Shown piece by piece: positions 10,293 through 19,513 of a stretch of DNA of 64,000 nt. Within the stretch, counting starts at the first letter, position 1; every line of letters begins with the position of its first letter. A program made the position numbers and the translations under genes. Source of the DNA: Promethearchaeota archaeon (GTDB lineage Archaea; Asgardarchaeota; Lokiarchaeia; Sigyniarchaeales; SOKP01); contig JAHPZE010000005.1 of assembly GCA_019058365.1 (NCBI GenBank), positions 32,001 to 96,000 of the forward strand. The letters run 5' to 3'. The notes beneath the pieces were generated by a model that did no database searches, had not been told where the DNA came from, and saw only the letters and a list, made by a program, of their open reading frames with translations.

Positions 10293-11018
10293 ATGGTCTT
10301 AAATTTATTGGAGATATTGCATGGAACTCTTACTATAGTATTCGTTGTTATTTCAATCTTTATTGGATTAAGAATTATATCAAGATATTTTGTACTAAAA
10401 AAAAATCAATTTCTTTTATTTGGAATATTCTGGATTGGGATGACAACTCCTTGGTGGCCAAATATAATTAGTTTTATAATGGTATTAGTAACGGGTGGAA
10501 CAATTGATATTGAAATTTATGTGGTATTGGGTATAGCTTTTTTGCCAATAACAATTACTTTAGGATTAATTGCTTTTTTAAAAGTTTTACCATTAACTAA
10601 GAAAAACAAGAAGGTCTTTTTTGCTATAGATCTCTGTGCAAATATTGCTTATGAAGTCTACTTTTTTATCTTTCTCTTTGTAGATTTATCTGCTATTGCA
10701 TCTTACGAGGGCCTATTTATTCTTAAATGGTCAATACTAAGTCAAATATACTTTATATTTAGTTTAATAGTATTCTTATTAGTGGGAATACCATTTTCAA
10801 GAGTTTCATTACATTCAGAAGATCCTGAAATACATATAAAGGGTAAATTTCTATTATTTGCTTTTATCTCTTTTGCAACTGGTACCGTATTAGACTTTGC
10901 ATTATCTTCACCGATAACATATCTTATTGCCAGGTTAATTTTACTTTCAAGTTCACTTGAATTTTATATTGGATTAATTCTACCTAAATGGGTAAAGAAG
11001 ATTTTAAAAATGGGATGA
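10293..11018 (+). CDS. Hypothetical ~7-TM membrane protein
   Basis: 241 aa, about 7 hydrophobic segments, C-terminal LPKWVKK. Confidence 0.8.
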   Translation: MVLNLLEILHGTLTIVFVVISIFIGLRIISRYFVLKKNQFLLFGIFWIGMTTPWWPNIISFIMVLVTGGTIDIEIYVVLGIAFLPITITLGLIAFLKVLPLTKKNKKVFFAIDLCANIAYEVYFFIFLFVDLSAIASYEGLFILKWSILSQIYFIFSLIVFLLVGIPFSRVSLHSEDPEIHIKGKFLLFAFISFATGTVLDFALSSPITYLIARLILLSSSLEFYIGLILPKWVKKILKMG

Positions 11019-11196
11019 CTTATTTAGGAATACTAACGTTAATTTTTTGATTCCTTTTTTGAAAAAATTAGATGTTTAATTTAAGCTCCTAACGAGTTAG
11101 AATTAAAATGAAACTATTTAAAATTTCATTTATTTACTTTATTTAATATTTAGCTGAGTAAATTTTGGGAACATTAAAATTATATTATAGATAAGA

Positions 11197-12759
11197 ATGA
11201 TGAAGCTACAAAATTTTAACCAATCTTATGATGTAGTTGTTATAGGCGCGGGAAATGGTGGATTAACAGCAGCTACCCAATTAGCTATAAGTGGTAAGAA
11301 AGTAATATTATTTGAACAACATAATTTACCAGGTGGTTTTGCTACCAGTTTTATAAGGGGTCGATTTGAATTCGAAGCTACACTTCACGAATTATGTGAT
11401 TATGGTCCCGCAACAAATAAGGGAAGTATTAGAAAATTATTTGAAGATAATTTTGGCTTAAATTTAGATTTTGTTGAAATTCCTGAAGCTTTTAGATTAA
11501 TTGTTACAAATCCTAATGAAAAATTAGATCTTGTTGTGCCATTTGGAGTAGAAAACTTTATTAATACTTTAGAAAAAGAAGTACCCGGATCCACCGAATC
11601 AATAAGAACTTATATTCAACTATGTGATGAGATTGTAAATGCTATCAAATATATAACAGAATCTGAGGGAAATCCCGATAAAAAAGTTTTAATCAAGAAC
11701 TTCAAGAATTTTCTAAAGGTAACACCATACACTCTAGATCAGGTAAATAATGCCTTAAAAATACCTAAGAGAGCACAAAATATACTAAATGCTTATTGGT
11801 GTTATATAGCAATACCTACGAGCAGGATAAACTTTTCTTTTTATGCTGCCATGCATTACTATTTTTTAATCCGGAAAGCTTACTTTCCAAAATATCGATC
11901 TCACGGATTTACTTCCGCATTAGAATCTAAAATTAGAGAAATGGGAGGAAACGTTCAATATAATACAAAAGTAGAAAAAATTTTAGTAGAAAAAGGTAAA
12001 GTGATTGGAGTTGAGACATCTAAAGGTGATAAAATTCAAACTAGCCATGTAATTTCAAATGCTTCACCTACTCTAATATATAATAATTTAATATATCCTA
12101 AGAAAGAAGTACCTGAAATAGCATATAAAAATGTTAATGCGAGAAAGCATGCTATAAGTTGTTTTGTAGTATATTTAGGTTTGGATAAATCAGCAGAAGA
12201 ATTAGGAATTATTAATTACAGCTACCATATTTACGATACTTTTAATACAGAAGAAATTTATGAATCCTTTAAAACTCTTAATCCTCCAAAAGCTCAAGCA
12301 ACAGTATGTTTAAATAATATTATTCCAGATTGTTCTCCTAACGGAACCTGTATGTTAACAATCACAGCTTTCTTTTTACCTGAAGCTTGGAAAGATGTAA
12401 CCGCTAGGGATTATTTTAAGTTGAAAAGTAAAATAGCAAGTGATTTAATTGATACATTTGAAAAAGCAACTGGAACATCTATCAAAAATCATATAGAAGA
12501 ACTTGAAATTGCTACACCTCAAACTCTTACTCGATATACAGGTACTTATTATGGCTCTGCTTACGGTTATGAAACTGACCCATGGGATTCATTCATGCCA
12601 AGATTAATGGCTATGGGTGATGAAAAATATATTGAGGGGCTAGAAATATGCGGAGGGTTTTCTGCAAATTGTCAAAGTTATACTAATGCATTACTCTCCG
12701 GTCAAATAGCAGCATTTTTAACTATTTTAGATTTAGAAAAGAGGGAGGGAAGTTTGTAA
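11197..12759 (+). CDS. Phytoene desaturase/retinol saturase-family FAD-dependent oxidoreductase
   Basis: VVIGAGNGGL...EQHNLPGG Rossmann motif; IATPQTLTRYT..GSAYG. Confidence 0.85.
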   Translation: MMKLQNFNQSYDVVVIGAGNGGLTAATQLAISGKKVILFEQHNLPGGFATSFIRGRFEFEATLHELCDYGPATNKGSIRKLFEDNFGLNLDFVEIPEAFRLIVTNPNEKLDLVVPFGVENFINTLEKEVPGSTESIRTYIQLCDEIVNAIKYITESEGNPDKKVLIKNFKNFLKVTPYTLDQVNNALKIPKRAQNILNAYWCYIAIPTSRINFSFYAAMHYYFLIRKAYFPKYRSHGFTSALESKIREMGGNVQYNTKVEKILVEKGKVIGVETSKGDKIQTSHVISNASPTLIYNNLIYPKKEVPEIAYKNVNARKHAISCFVVYLGLDKSAEELGIINYSYHIYDTFNTEEIYESFKTLNPPKAQATVCLNNIIPDCSPNGTCMLTITAFFLPEAWKDVTARDYFKLKSKIASDLIDTFEKATGTSIKNHIEELEIATPQTLTRYTGTYYGSAYGYETDPWDSFMPRLMAMGDEKYIEGLEICGGFSANCQSYTNALLSGQIAAFLTILDLEKREGSL

Positions 12760-13991
12760 TGAAAGATGATAAAGATAAAAAACTTAGTGTAAGTGTGAAA
12801 GGAAATATAAGGGATTTATTAGCATTTAAAAATTTAGTGTCTGAAAGAAAGAAAAAAATTGAAAAAGCATCTAATAAACCAATTGAATATGATCCTATCT
12901 ATCAACTTGTTCAAAATCTCCATCCAAAAAAACAACATATGATTATAAATAAAATTATTGATGAAACAAAATCAACAAGAACCTTCAGATTAATACCAGA
13001 TCCTGATTCGGAAACAGAAACATTGGCGTATTTTAGAGCGGGTCAATATTTAAGCTTGAAAGTTCAAGTTAATGGTGTATCCATAACAAGACCATATTCT
13101 TTATCTTCTTCTCCTACAGATGCGTTGAAAGGATTTTATGAAATTACTATACGTAAAGAAGAGCACGGGTTTTTAACAAATTACATTTGGGATAATTGGA
13201 ATGTTGGAACTAAGGTCGAGAGTTCTGGGCCTGAGGGGCATTTGTATTATGAATCACTTCGGGATTTAGGTCATATTGTAGGAATTGCAGGAGGGACTGG
13301 AATTAATCCCTTTCGTTCAATTGCTAGGGAGATTACTGAAGGAAATTTAAATACTAAATTAACTTTACTATATGGAAGTAGTAATGAGGATGATATTCTT
13401 TTTTATAATGAGTTTAAACAACTGGAAGAAAAACATCCAGATAACATTAAAACAGTTTTTGTCTTGAGCTGTGATGAAATTACATTAGAAGAATGCGAAA
13501 AAGGATTTATAACGGCTGATATAATTAAAAAATACGTTGATGCAAATCAGTGTTCATTTTTTATCTGTGGTCCACAGGAAATGTATAAGTTTATTGAAAA
13601 AGAATTGCAAATGCTCAAAATTCCACTTAAAAGAATTCGAAGAGAAGTGTTTGGTGAAATTAAAGATATTATAAATTACTCTGGTTTTCCATATGAAATT
13701 GCTGAAAAAGTCTTCAAAATAAGAGTACAGATTGGTAATTTAGTTAAAGAAATACCAGGAAAAGCAACAGAATCTATTCTTGTTGCTATTGAAAGAGCTA
13801 ATTTAGCACCACCATCAAAATGTCGATCTGGTGAGTGCGGATTTTGTCGTTCTGTACTTCTTTCTGGGCATATTTATGTTAGTCCTATAAATGATTCGAG
13901 AAGAAACGCTGATAAGTTATTTAACTATTTCCATCCTTGCTCATCTTATCCGATATCTGATCTTGAGATTGAAGTTCCAAGAAAATTATAA
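12759..13991 (+). CDS. Ferredoxin-NAD(P) reductase-like flavoprotein with C-terminal 2Fe-2S domain
   Basis: RPYSLSS, AGGTGINPF, FFICGP, CRSGECGFC...C; TAATG overlap with the upstream gene. Confidence 0.88.
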   Translation: MKDDKDKKLSVSVKGNIRDLLAFKNLVSERKKKIEKASNKPIEYDPIYQLVQNLHPKKQHMIINKIIDETKSTRTFRLIPDPDSETETLAYFRAGQYLSLKVQVNGVSITRPYSLSSSPTDALKGFYEITIRKEEHGFLTNYIWDNWNVGTKVESSGPEGHLYYESLRDLGHIVGIAGGTGINPFRSIAREITEGNLNTKLTLLYGSSNEDDILFYNEFKQLEEKHPDNIKTVFVLSCDEITLEECEKGFITADIIKKYVDANQCSFFICGPQEMYKFIEKELQMLKIPLKRIRREVFGEIKDIINYSGFPYEIAEKVFKIRVQIGNLVKEIPGKATESILVAIERANLAPPSKCRSGECGFCRSVLLSGHIYVSPINDSRRNADKLFNYFHPCSSYPISDLEIEVPRKL

Positions 13992-14025
13992 GAATTGTAA
14001 GAAATTAAAGGAAAAAAGTGTTAAT

Positions 14026-15291
14026 CTATTTCCGATAGTCTACCCGAGGGAGTTTATTAATTGGGTAAGGTAAATAAGCGTCATCAGGAATCGGATCGAT
14101 ATAAAAGTGTCGGAAGTTTTTGTCTTGCATTCGGCAGAATGGACTTCGGTGATTGTAAGCTGGATGTTTAACCATTCGCATCCAAATCTTTTTCAAGGAT
14201 TCATTATGTATATTTCCAAAAGAAAGTGGTGAGAAATCACAGGGAGAAATATCTCCGTAAGCAGAAGCGTAAAATTGAATATTTGCTGCTAGACATCCTA
14301 TCCCAGAAAGATATGCTTCCACAGAATTCTGCCATGATTGAGATGATAGAGGAGGTACAACCTTTTTCCTAAAAGCCTCAGCAGAATAATTATGAAGTTC
14401 TTCTCGTAAATTAAATGTTAACATTTCACTTGTATCATGCAACATTTTTCCGGTAGGTACACAATCAAAATAGATTATATTTTTTAGACCAAGATCCATA
14501 GCTAATTTGTGCAGTTTCTTATATACTCCTTTTTCTGTTCCAGAACGAGTTGCATAACCGGAAAATCCTGCAAAAATCCCCTTTGATTGTATTCTCTTAA
14601 TTCCTTCTAAAGCAGTCTCAAAAAGACCTGGCATACCTCTTAATTTGTTATGTTCTTCAGCATCAGGTGAATCTATACTCAAGAATAACGAATAGAGACC
14701 AGCATCAGCTAGTTTATTCACATTTTCTTCTGTAAGGAATTGTCCATTAGTGAACATGACCGGCATAGCTTTTTTTTTATCTACATAAGAAATAAGCTCG
14801 AAAAGATCTTCACGTAATAAAGGTTCTCCTCCAGTAAATGCAATAATAGTTACTCCTAATTTCTGAGCATCGTCAATTAACTTTTTTGCCTCTTCTGTAG
14901 ATAATTCTTTCTGTTCTGTTTTGAGATGCCTTCCAGCACTACAATGAACGCAATTACATTGGCATTTATAGGTTACAGCAAATGTCATCGCAATTGGAAA
15001 TGGATATGGCATTAATTGAGACTTTATTAGTCCTTTCAAAGCACGTATCATCGGTCGACTTCCAACGGGTGGAGCAAAAGTATTTGAGACTATTTTTCCT
15101 TTCCATCTTCCAACTTCCATATTTTTATAAAAATTAGCTTGTAAGAGAATCATGAAAATTAGTCGGTAAATACTTAACTTATCAAGAAGTGGATTGAGAA
15201 TCCCTGAACCTACGACTTGACCATTCTCAAGCTTTTTATAACTTATGAGATTTCTCCCAAAGAGTTTTAAAAAAACTTGTTCAATTTCCAT
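14026..15291 (-). CDS. Radical SAM protein with SPASM/twitch domain
   Basis: CQCNCVHC (CxxxCxxC), FTGGEPLLR, GCLAA...GDISPC. Confidence 0.9.
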   Translation of the reverse strand: MEIEQVFLKLFGRNLISYKKLENGQVVGSGILNPLLDKLSIYRLIFMILLQANFYKNMEVGRWKGKIVSNTFAPPVGSRPMIRALKGLIKSQLMPYPFPIAMTFAVTYKCQCNCVHCSAGRHLKTEQKELSTEEAKKLIDDAQKLGVTIIAFTGGEPLLREDLFELISYVDKKKAMPVMFTNGQFLTEENVNKLADAGLYSLFLSIDSPDAEEHNKLRGMPGLFETALEGIKRIQSKGIFAGFSGYATRSGTEKGVYKKLHKLAMDLGLKNIIYFDCVPTGKMLHDTSEMLTFNLREELHNYSAEAFRKKVVPPLSSQSWQNSVEAYLSGIGCLAANIQFYASAYGDISPCDFSPLSFGNIHNESLKKIWMRMVKHPAYNHRSPFCRMQDKNFRHFYIDPIPDDAYLPYPINKLPRVDYRK

Positions 15292-15317
15292 AGTTGTTTT
15301 TTTCCATAAAGTTATTT

Positions 15318-15361
15318 TAATTAATAAATTAAATAATTAATAAATTAAATAATTAATAAAT
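15318..15361. repeat. 16-bp AT-only tandem repeat (TAATTAATAAATTAAA x2.75) in a divergent promoter region
   Basis: Read directly from the sequence. Confidence 0.6.
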
Positions 15362-15618
15362 AGAGTTTTAAACCAAAACTTAGTTGACTTTTTTTTTTTA
15401 AAAACCCATTTATTTAATTAGCTAATTTCTAGTTTAAGCGCAAAACTATTTAAAAATTATGTAAAAAAAAAAAAATTTGCCTTTTTAATAATGTAAAAAA
15501 AATGGGCATTATCCAATTTCTCACTCTGATATAAATTTAATAAAATATAATTATGATTATTAACTAATTTTTTAATACAGTTTATTTAAAAAACAGAAAA
15601 TAATTTGTTGATTTTATT

Positions 15619-16803
15619 ATGGATTTTTCCTTAACTGAAAAGCAAAAAATGTTAAAAAAAATAACGAGAGATTTTGCTGAGGAATATATTATACCTGTAG
15701 CAAAGGAAAGCGATGAAAAACAAGAATTAAATGAGACTACATTCAAAAAAATGCAAGAAATGAATTTTTTTGGAGGATGTCTTCCAGAAGAATATGGAGG
15801 AGCAGGGCTTCACAATGATACAATAGGCTTTAGCATTATTATTGAAGAAATTGGTCGTGCTGATGCGGCATGGGGAATTGTCATTGCTGTGCATAATGGA
15901 GTTGCAGCATACCCTATTTATAAATTTGGAACTGAAGACCAAAAACAAAGATTTTTAGAAGATCTTGCGAAAGGTAACAAAGTAGGAGCTTTTTGTTTAA
16001 CCGAAGCGAATGCAGGTTCTGATGCGGGAGGAGTTCAATTAACCGCAGTTAAAGATGGAGATGAATATATTTTGAATGGTACTAAAATATTTGCCACATC
16101 TGGAGGTATTGCTAAAACATTGTTAGTTGTAGCTAAAACAGGAGAAAAAGACAGTAGAAGACAGATGACTGTATTTATTGTAGATGGAGATACCCCTGGT
16201 TATTCTGTTGGAGTAAAAGAGGATAAATTAGGTGTAAGAGCTTCAAATACTTCAGAACTTGTATTCGAAGATGTACGAGTACCCCAAGAAAATATTTTAG
16301 GAAAAGATGGAGAAGGTTTTAAGATGGCAATGAAAATCTTAGATTTTGGAAGGATAGGCATTGCTGCTCAATGTGTGGGTCTAGGGCAAGCTGCATTAGA
16401 GGCTTCAGTTAAATATTCAAATGAAAGAGTCCAATTTGGAAAACCTATAGGGAGATTTCAGGGAGTACAATGGAAGATAGCGGATATGGCATGTGCTGTG
16501 GAGTCAGCTCGTTTATTCACATATAAAGCAGCTTATTTACATGATAAGGGAGAAGATTTTGGAATGGCTAGTTCAATGGCAAAATTAGTAGCCTCTGAAG
16601 CTGCAATGCAAGCAGCTCATGGAGCTGTTCAAATCCATGGAGGTTATGGTCTAATGAAAGCATATCCCGTAGAAAGATATTTCCGAGATGCCAAGATGGG
16701 TGATTATACAGCTATCTCAGCTGTGTAGCCAAAAATTTATGAGGGCACCTCTGAAATTCAAAGACTAGTAATTGCGGGAAATTTATTAAGAAAAGGTTTC
16801 TAA
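15619..16803 (+). CDS. Acyl-CoA dehydrogenase (butyryl-CoA dehydrogenase-like); exons 15619-16703 and 16734-16803, 384 aa after removing a 30-nt intron
   Basis: FCLTEANAGSD, LNGTKIF, KLGVRAS, GRIGIAAQ, QIHGGYG; the conserved tail EIYEGTSEIQRLVIAGNLLRKGF lies in frame beyond the TAG at 16726-16728. Confidence 0.92.
16704..16733 (+). other. Candidate bulge-helix-bulge (EndA-type) intron in an mRNA
   Basis: TTATACAGCTATCTCAGCTGTGTAGCCAAA; 9-bp stem with 5-nt loop; bulges GAU and AAA around the central GGGU/GCCA helix; excision restores GAA ATT TAT GAG. Confidence 0.8.
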
Positions 16804-16821
16804 TATTAAACCTTTTTTTTT
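16791..16821 (+). terminator. Hairpin plus T-tract terminator candidate after the acyl-CoA dehydrogenase
   Basis: AAAAGGTTT-ctaatatt-AAACCTTTT overlapping a 9-T run, centred on the TAA at 16801-16803. Confidence 0.6.
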
Positions 16822-17118
16822 CTTATTTATTAATTTGTATATAAAGTTCAATTTTTAGAGAACAAGATTTAGAAAATTGGAGGGCCTTTTTAAAGAATAA
16901 TTTATATGAAAATATAACTTTGAGCATAAATGAGAAATCATTAATCATTGAGACTATCAAGAAAGATAAGCTCGATAAGGATGATAAAAAACAACTTATC
17001 TATATTAAGCAAACTTCCAACAGAAGACTTGATTTCTTTATTAGGAAATGATTTTAAACACCACATACAAAAATAAATTAAATGGGGTTGGAATTTTGAT
17101 TCAGCGGTTAAGAAACTA

Positions 17119-18567
17119 ATGATACAAAATTTTTTAAATACTACAGATCTAATTTCAAATTTAGGCGAAAATGATTTAACTTCAGAATTAATCGGAATTT
17201 TGCTAGGAGATGGTAATTTGTTTTCTAAAAATTATCAAAATCAATTAGATATATCATTAAATCGCATAGATGACCCAAAATACGTATCTTATGTAAAAAA
17301 TTTAATGGAAACACTACTTAATACAGAAATTAAGATAAGCAAACAAAAAGGGAAAGCGATTAGTCTAAGAGTATATAGTAAATTAATTATTAAAACTCTA
17401 GTAAATTTAGGATTAAAAGTTGGAAATAAAGTAAAAAATCAAGTGGGAACTCCTGATTTTATATTTAAAAATATATCTTTCATTATTAGGTGTTTAAAAG
17501 GCTTATTTGATACTGATGGGAGCATAAATGTAGATAATAAAAGAGATATACGATTATCATTTCAAAATTGCTCTAAAACATTAGTAGAGGATTTCTATAG
17601 AATGTGTCTAGCATTAGATATAATCCCATCACCAACAATTAGATATGATGAAAAAAGAGTTGCTTGGAGGGTTGATGTTGCAAAGAAAGATTCTATTTTA
17701 AAATTTTTCCAAATCATCAAACCTGAGAAATTAAAAGAACCCTTTAGGCGAATTTGGATCGCTTCAAAATTAATTTACCTAAATTCTTCTGAAGCTGAGC
17801 AACAAAGAATACGTAATAAAATAAAAATATGGATAAAGCAAAATAACAAAAAAATATTTAAATATTCAAAGAAAAATGCCTTTTTTTTAAAAGATACGTG
17901 CGAAAAGACATTAGGTATTACTATAGATAATGATTTAATCAACAAAACTATTTCAAAGGTCTTAGATCTCGAGAAATATATGTATGATGAATCTAGAGCT
18001 GAACATTTAAAGGTTTTATATGAAAAACTTAGGTCTACACTTAGAATTGTTGAATATTTAATAGATCAAGGAGAAGTTAACATACCACATAGACAGACAA
18101 TTATAGCACATCTAAAAAAATATTTTAAAGAAAAAAATCTTGATTATCAGAAATGGCTAAATGAGAATCCGAAAATGAGGATTGGAATAAATGAGGATAA
18201 TCAGATCCATGTCTTTCCAAATGAGCTACGTAATATTCTTAATGAAATAATTTGTAGAATCTTAATAAAATATAAAAATAAAATTTCTGAGACTAAAATT
18301 ATTAAGTTGTTAAAAGAAGAATTTGAAAATCAAGATTTAATCATAATGAATTGGTTACTTAACAGTACTAAATATAATAAGCCAACTTATCAATATTTAA
18401 ATAATTTAATCTTCCTTAATAAGAAATTGATTGAAAATTATATTAATAAAGAAAAAACAAATATTACATTATTATCAAAAGATCCATTTGTCCCATTTGA
18501 TAGAAGAACAATAACATTAATGGTTGATCATTTAATTAAGATTGGAATTTTAAAACATGATGAATAA
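17119..18567 (+). CDS. Free-standing two-motif LAGLIDADG (intein/DOD-type) homing endonuclease with long C-terminal extension
   Basis: ELIGILLGDGNL and CLKGLFDTDGSI motifs about 100 aa apart with acidic catalytic residues retained; GLKVGNK and PDFIF elements; no intein splicing termini. Confidence 0.85.
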   Translation: MIQNFLNTTDLISNLGENDLTSELIGILLGDGNLFSKNYQNQLDISLNRIDDPKYVSYVKNLMETLLNTEIKISKQKGKAISLRVYSKLIIKTLVNLGLKVGNKVKNQVGTPDFIFKNISFIIRCLKGLFDTDGSINVDNKRDIRLSFQNCSKTLVEDFYRMCLALDIIPSPTIRYDEKRVAWRVDVAKKDSILKFFQIIKPEKLKEPFRRIWIASKLIYLNSSEAEQQRIRNKIKIWIKQNNKKIFKYSKKNAFFLKDTCEKTLGITIDNDLINKTISKVLDLEKYMYDESRAEHLKVLYEKLRSTLRIVEYLIDQGEVNIPHRQTIIAHLKKYFKEKNLDYQKWLNENPKMRIGINEDNQIHVFPNELRNILNEIICRILIKYKNKISETKIIKLLKEEFENQDLIIMNWLLNSTKYNKPTYQYLNNLIFLNKKLIENYINKEKTNITLLSKDPFVPFDRRTITLMVDHLIKIGILKHDE

Positions 18568-18693
18568 CAATAATTTAATTTTTTCTCAATTTTTTATTTT
18601 GTTATCGGAAAATTTATTTTTTTAAAAATTTTTATTCCTTTTAAAACAAATTATATGATTTTTGAGTTGAGGTAATAAGGTAGTGATTTCGGA

Positions 18694-19500
18694 TTGAAAG
18701 TTTTTGTGTGTATTAAACAAGTACCAGGGGTTTCAGAAGTAAAAATCGACCCAAACACTAATACACTTGTAAGAGAAGGTGTCCTATCAATACTTAATCC
18801 GAATGATCGAAATGCTCTTGAATTAGCTTTAATACTTAAGGAAAAACAAAGTTCAGAAGTTATAGCATTAAGCATGGGCCCCCCTCAAGCAGAAGAAATA
18901 TTACGCGAAGCTTTAGCAATGGGAGTAGATAGAGGGGTTTTATTAAGCGATAAAGCTTTTGCTGGGGCAGATACTTTAGCTACATCACACACTCTTGCTT
19001 TAGCAATTAAAAAGATATTAAAAGAATCTAATTCAGAAGAAAAATACATTATAATCTGCGGTGCTCAGGCGATAGATGGAGATACTGGTCAAGTACCACC
19101 AGAATTAGCAGAAGAATTGGGAATTCCGCAAATAACTTATGTTCAGAATGTTGAATTAAGTGAAGATAAAATTATCGCAGAGAGAAAATTTAGAGCTACT
19201 GAGATTGTCATTATTGAAACTAATTTACCTGCATTAATTTCAGTATTAACCGATATAAATAAACCTAGATATCCTAGTATGTCGGGAATTATGAAAGCCT
19301 ATGAAAAAGCAAATGTAATATATTTAGATTCAAATGCAATAAATGCAGATAAATCTAAAATTGGCTTAAATGGTTCTATGACTGAAGTCAGGAAAATTTT
19401 CATTCCTAAAAGAAAGGTAAACCCAATCATGTTAGAAGGGTCCACTGAAGAAGTTGTTCAAAATTTATGTCAACATTTAAAAGAGGATAAAATTTTTTAA
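18694..19500 (+). CDS. etfB: Electron transfer flavoprotein beta subunit
   Basis: VCIKQVP, NPNDRNALE, SMGPPQAEE, GADTLAT, QAIDGDTGQV, PRYPS. Confidence 0.95.
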   Translation: MKVFVCIKQVPGVSEVKIDPNTNTLVREGVLSILNPNDRNALELALILKEKQSSEVIALSMGPPQAEEILREALAMGVDRGVLLSDKAFAGADTLATSHTLALAIKKILKESNSEEKYIIICGAQAIDGDTGQVPPELAEELGIPQITYVQNVELSEDKIIAERKFRATEIVIIETNLPALISVLTDINKPRYPSMSGIMKAYEKANVIYLDSNAINADKSKIGLNGSMTEVRKIFIPKRKVNPIMLEGSTEEVVQNLCQHLKEDKIF

Positions 19501-19513
19501 GAGGATTATTCAT

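Noticed and set aside
15318-15361. CRISPR-like or iteron repeat
   Set aside because: No spacers, AT-only and under 3 copies; consistent with slippage
15619-16728. Acyl-CoA dehydrogenase as a 369-aa truncated gene or pseudogene
   Set aside because: The rest of the gene is intact, the conserved tail continues in frame to a TAA with a terminator, and the interruption is a structured BHB insert
16726-16728. Pyrrolysine or stop-codon readthrough at the TAG
   Set aside because: Readthrough would add 10 residues next to the catalytic Glu in a length-conserved segment; no pyl genes in the window; splicing explains the sequence exactly
16845-17051. Short open frame between the dehydrogenase and the endonuclease
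   Set aside because: No ATG and no recognisable motif; may be a remnant but cannot be supported
17119-18567. Intein
   Set aside because: No Cys/Ser N-terminal block, no His-Asn C-terminus and no flanking extein
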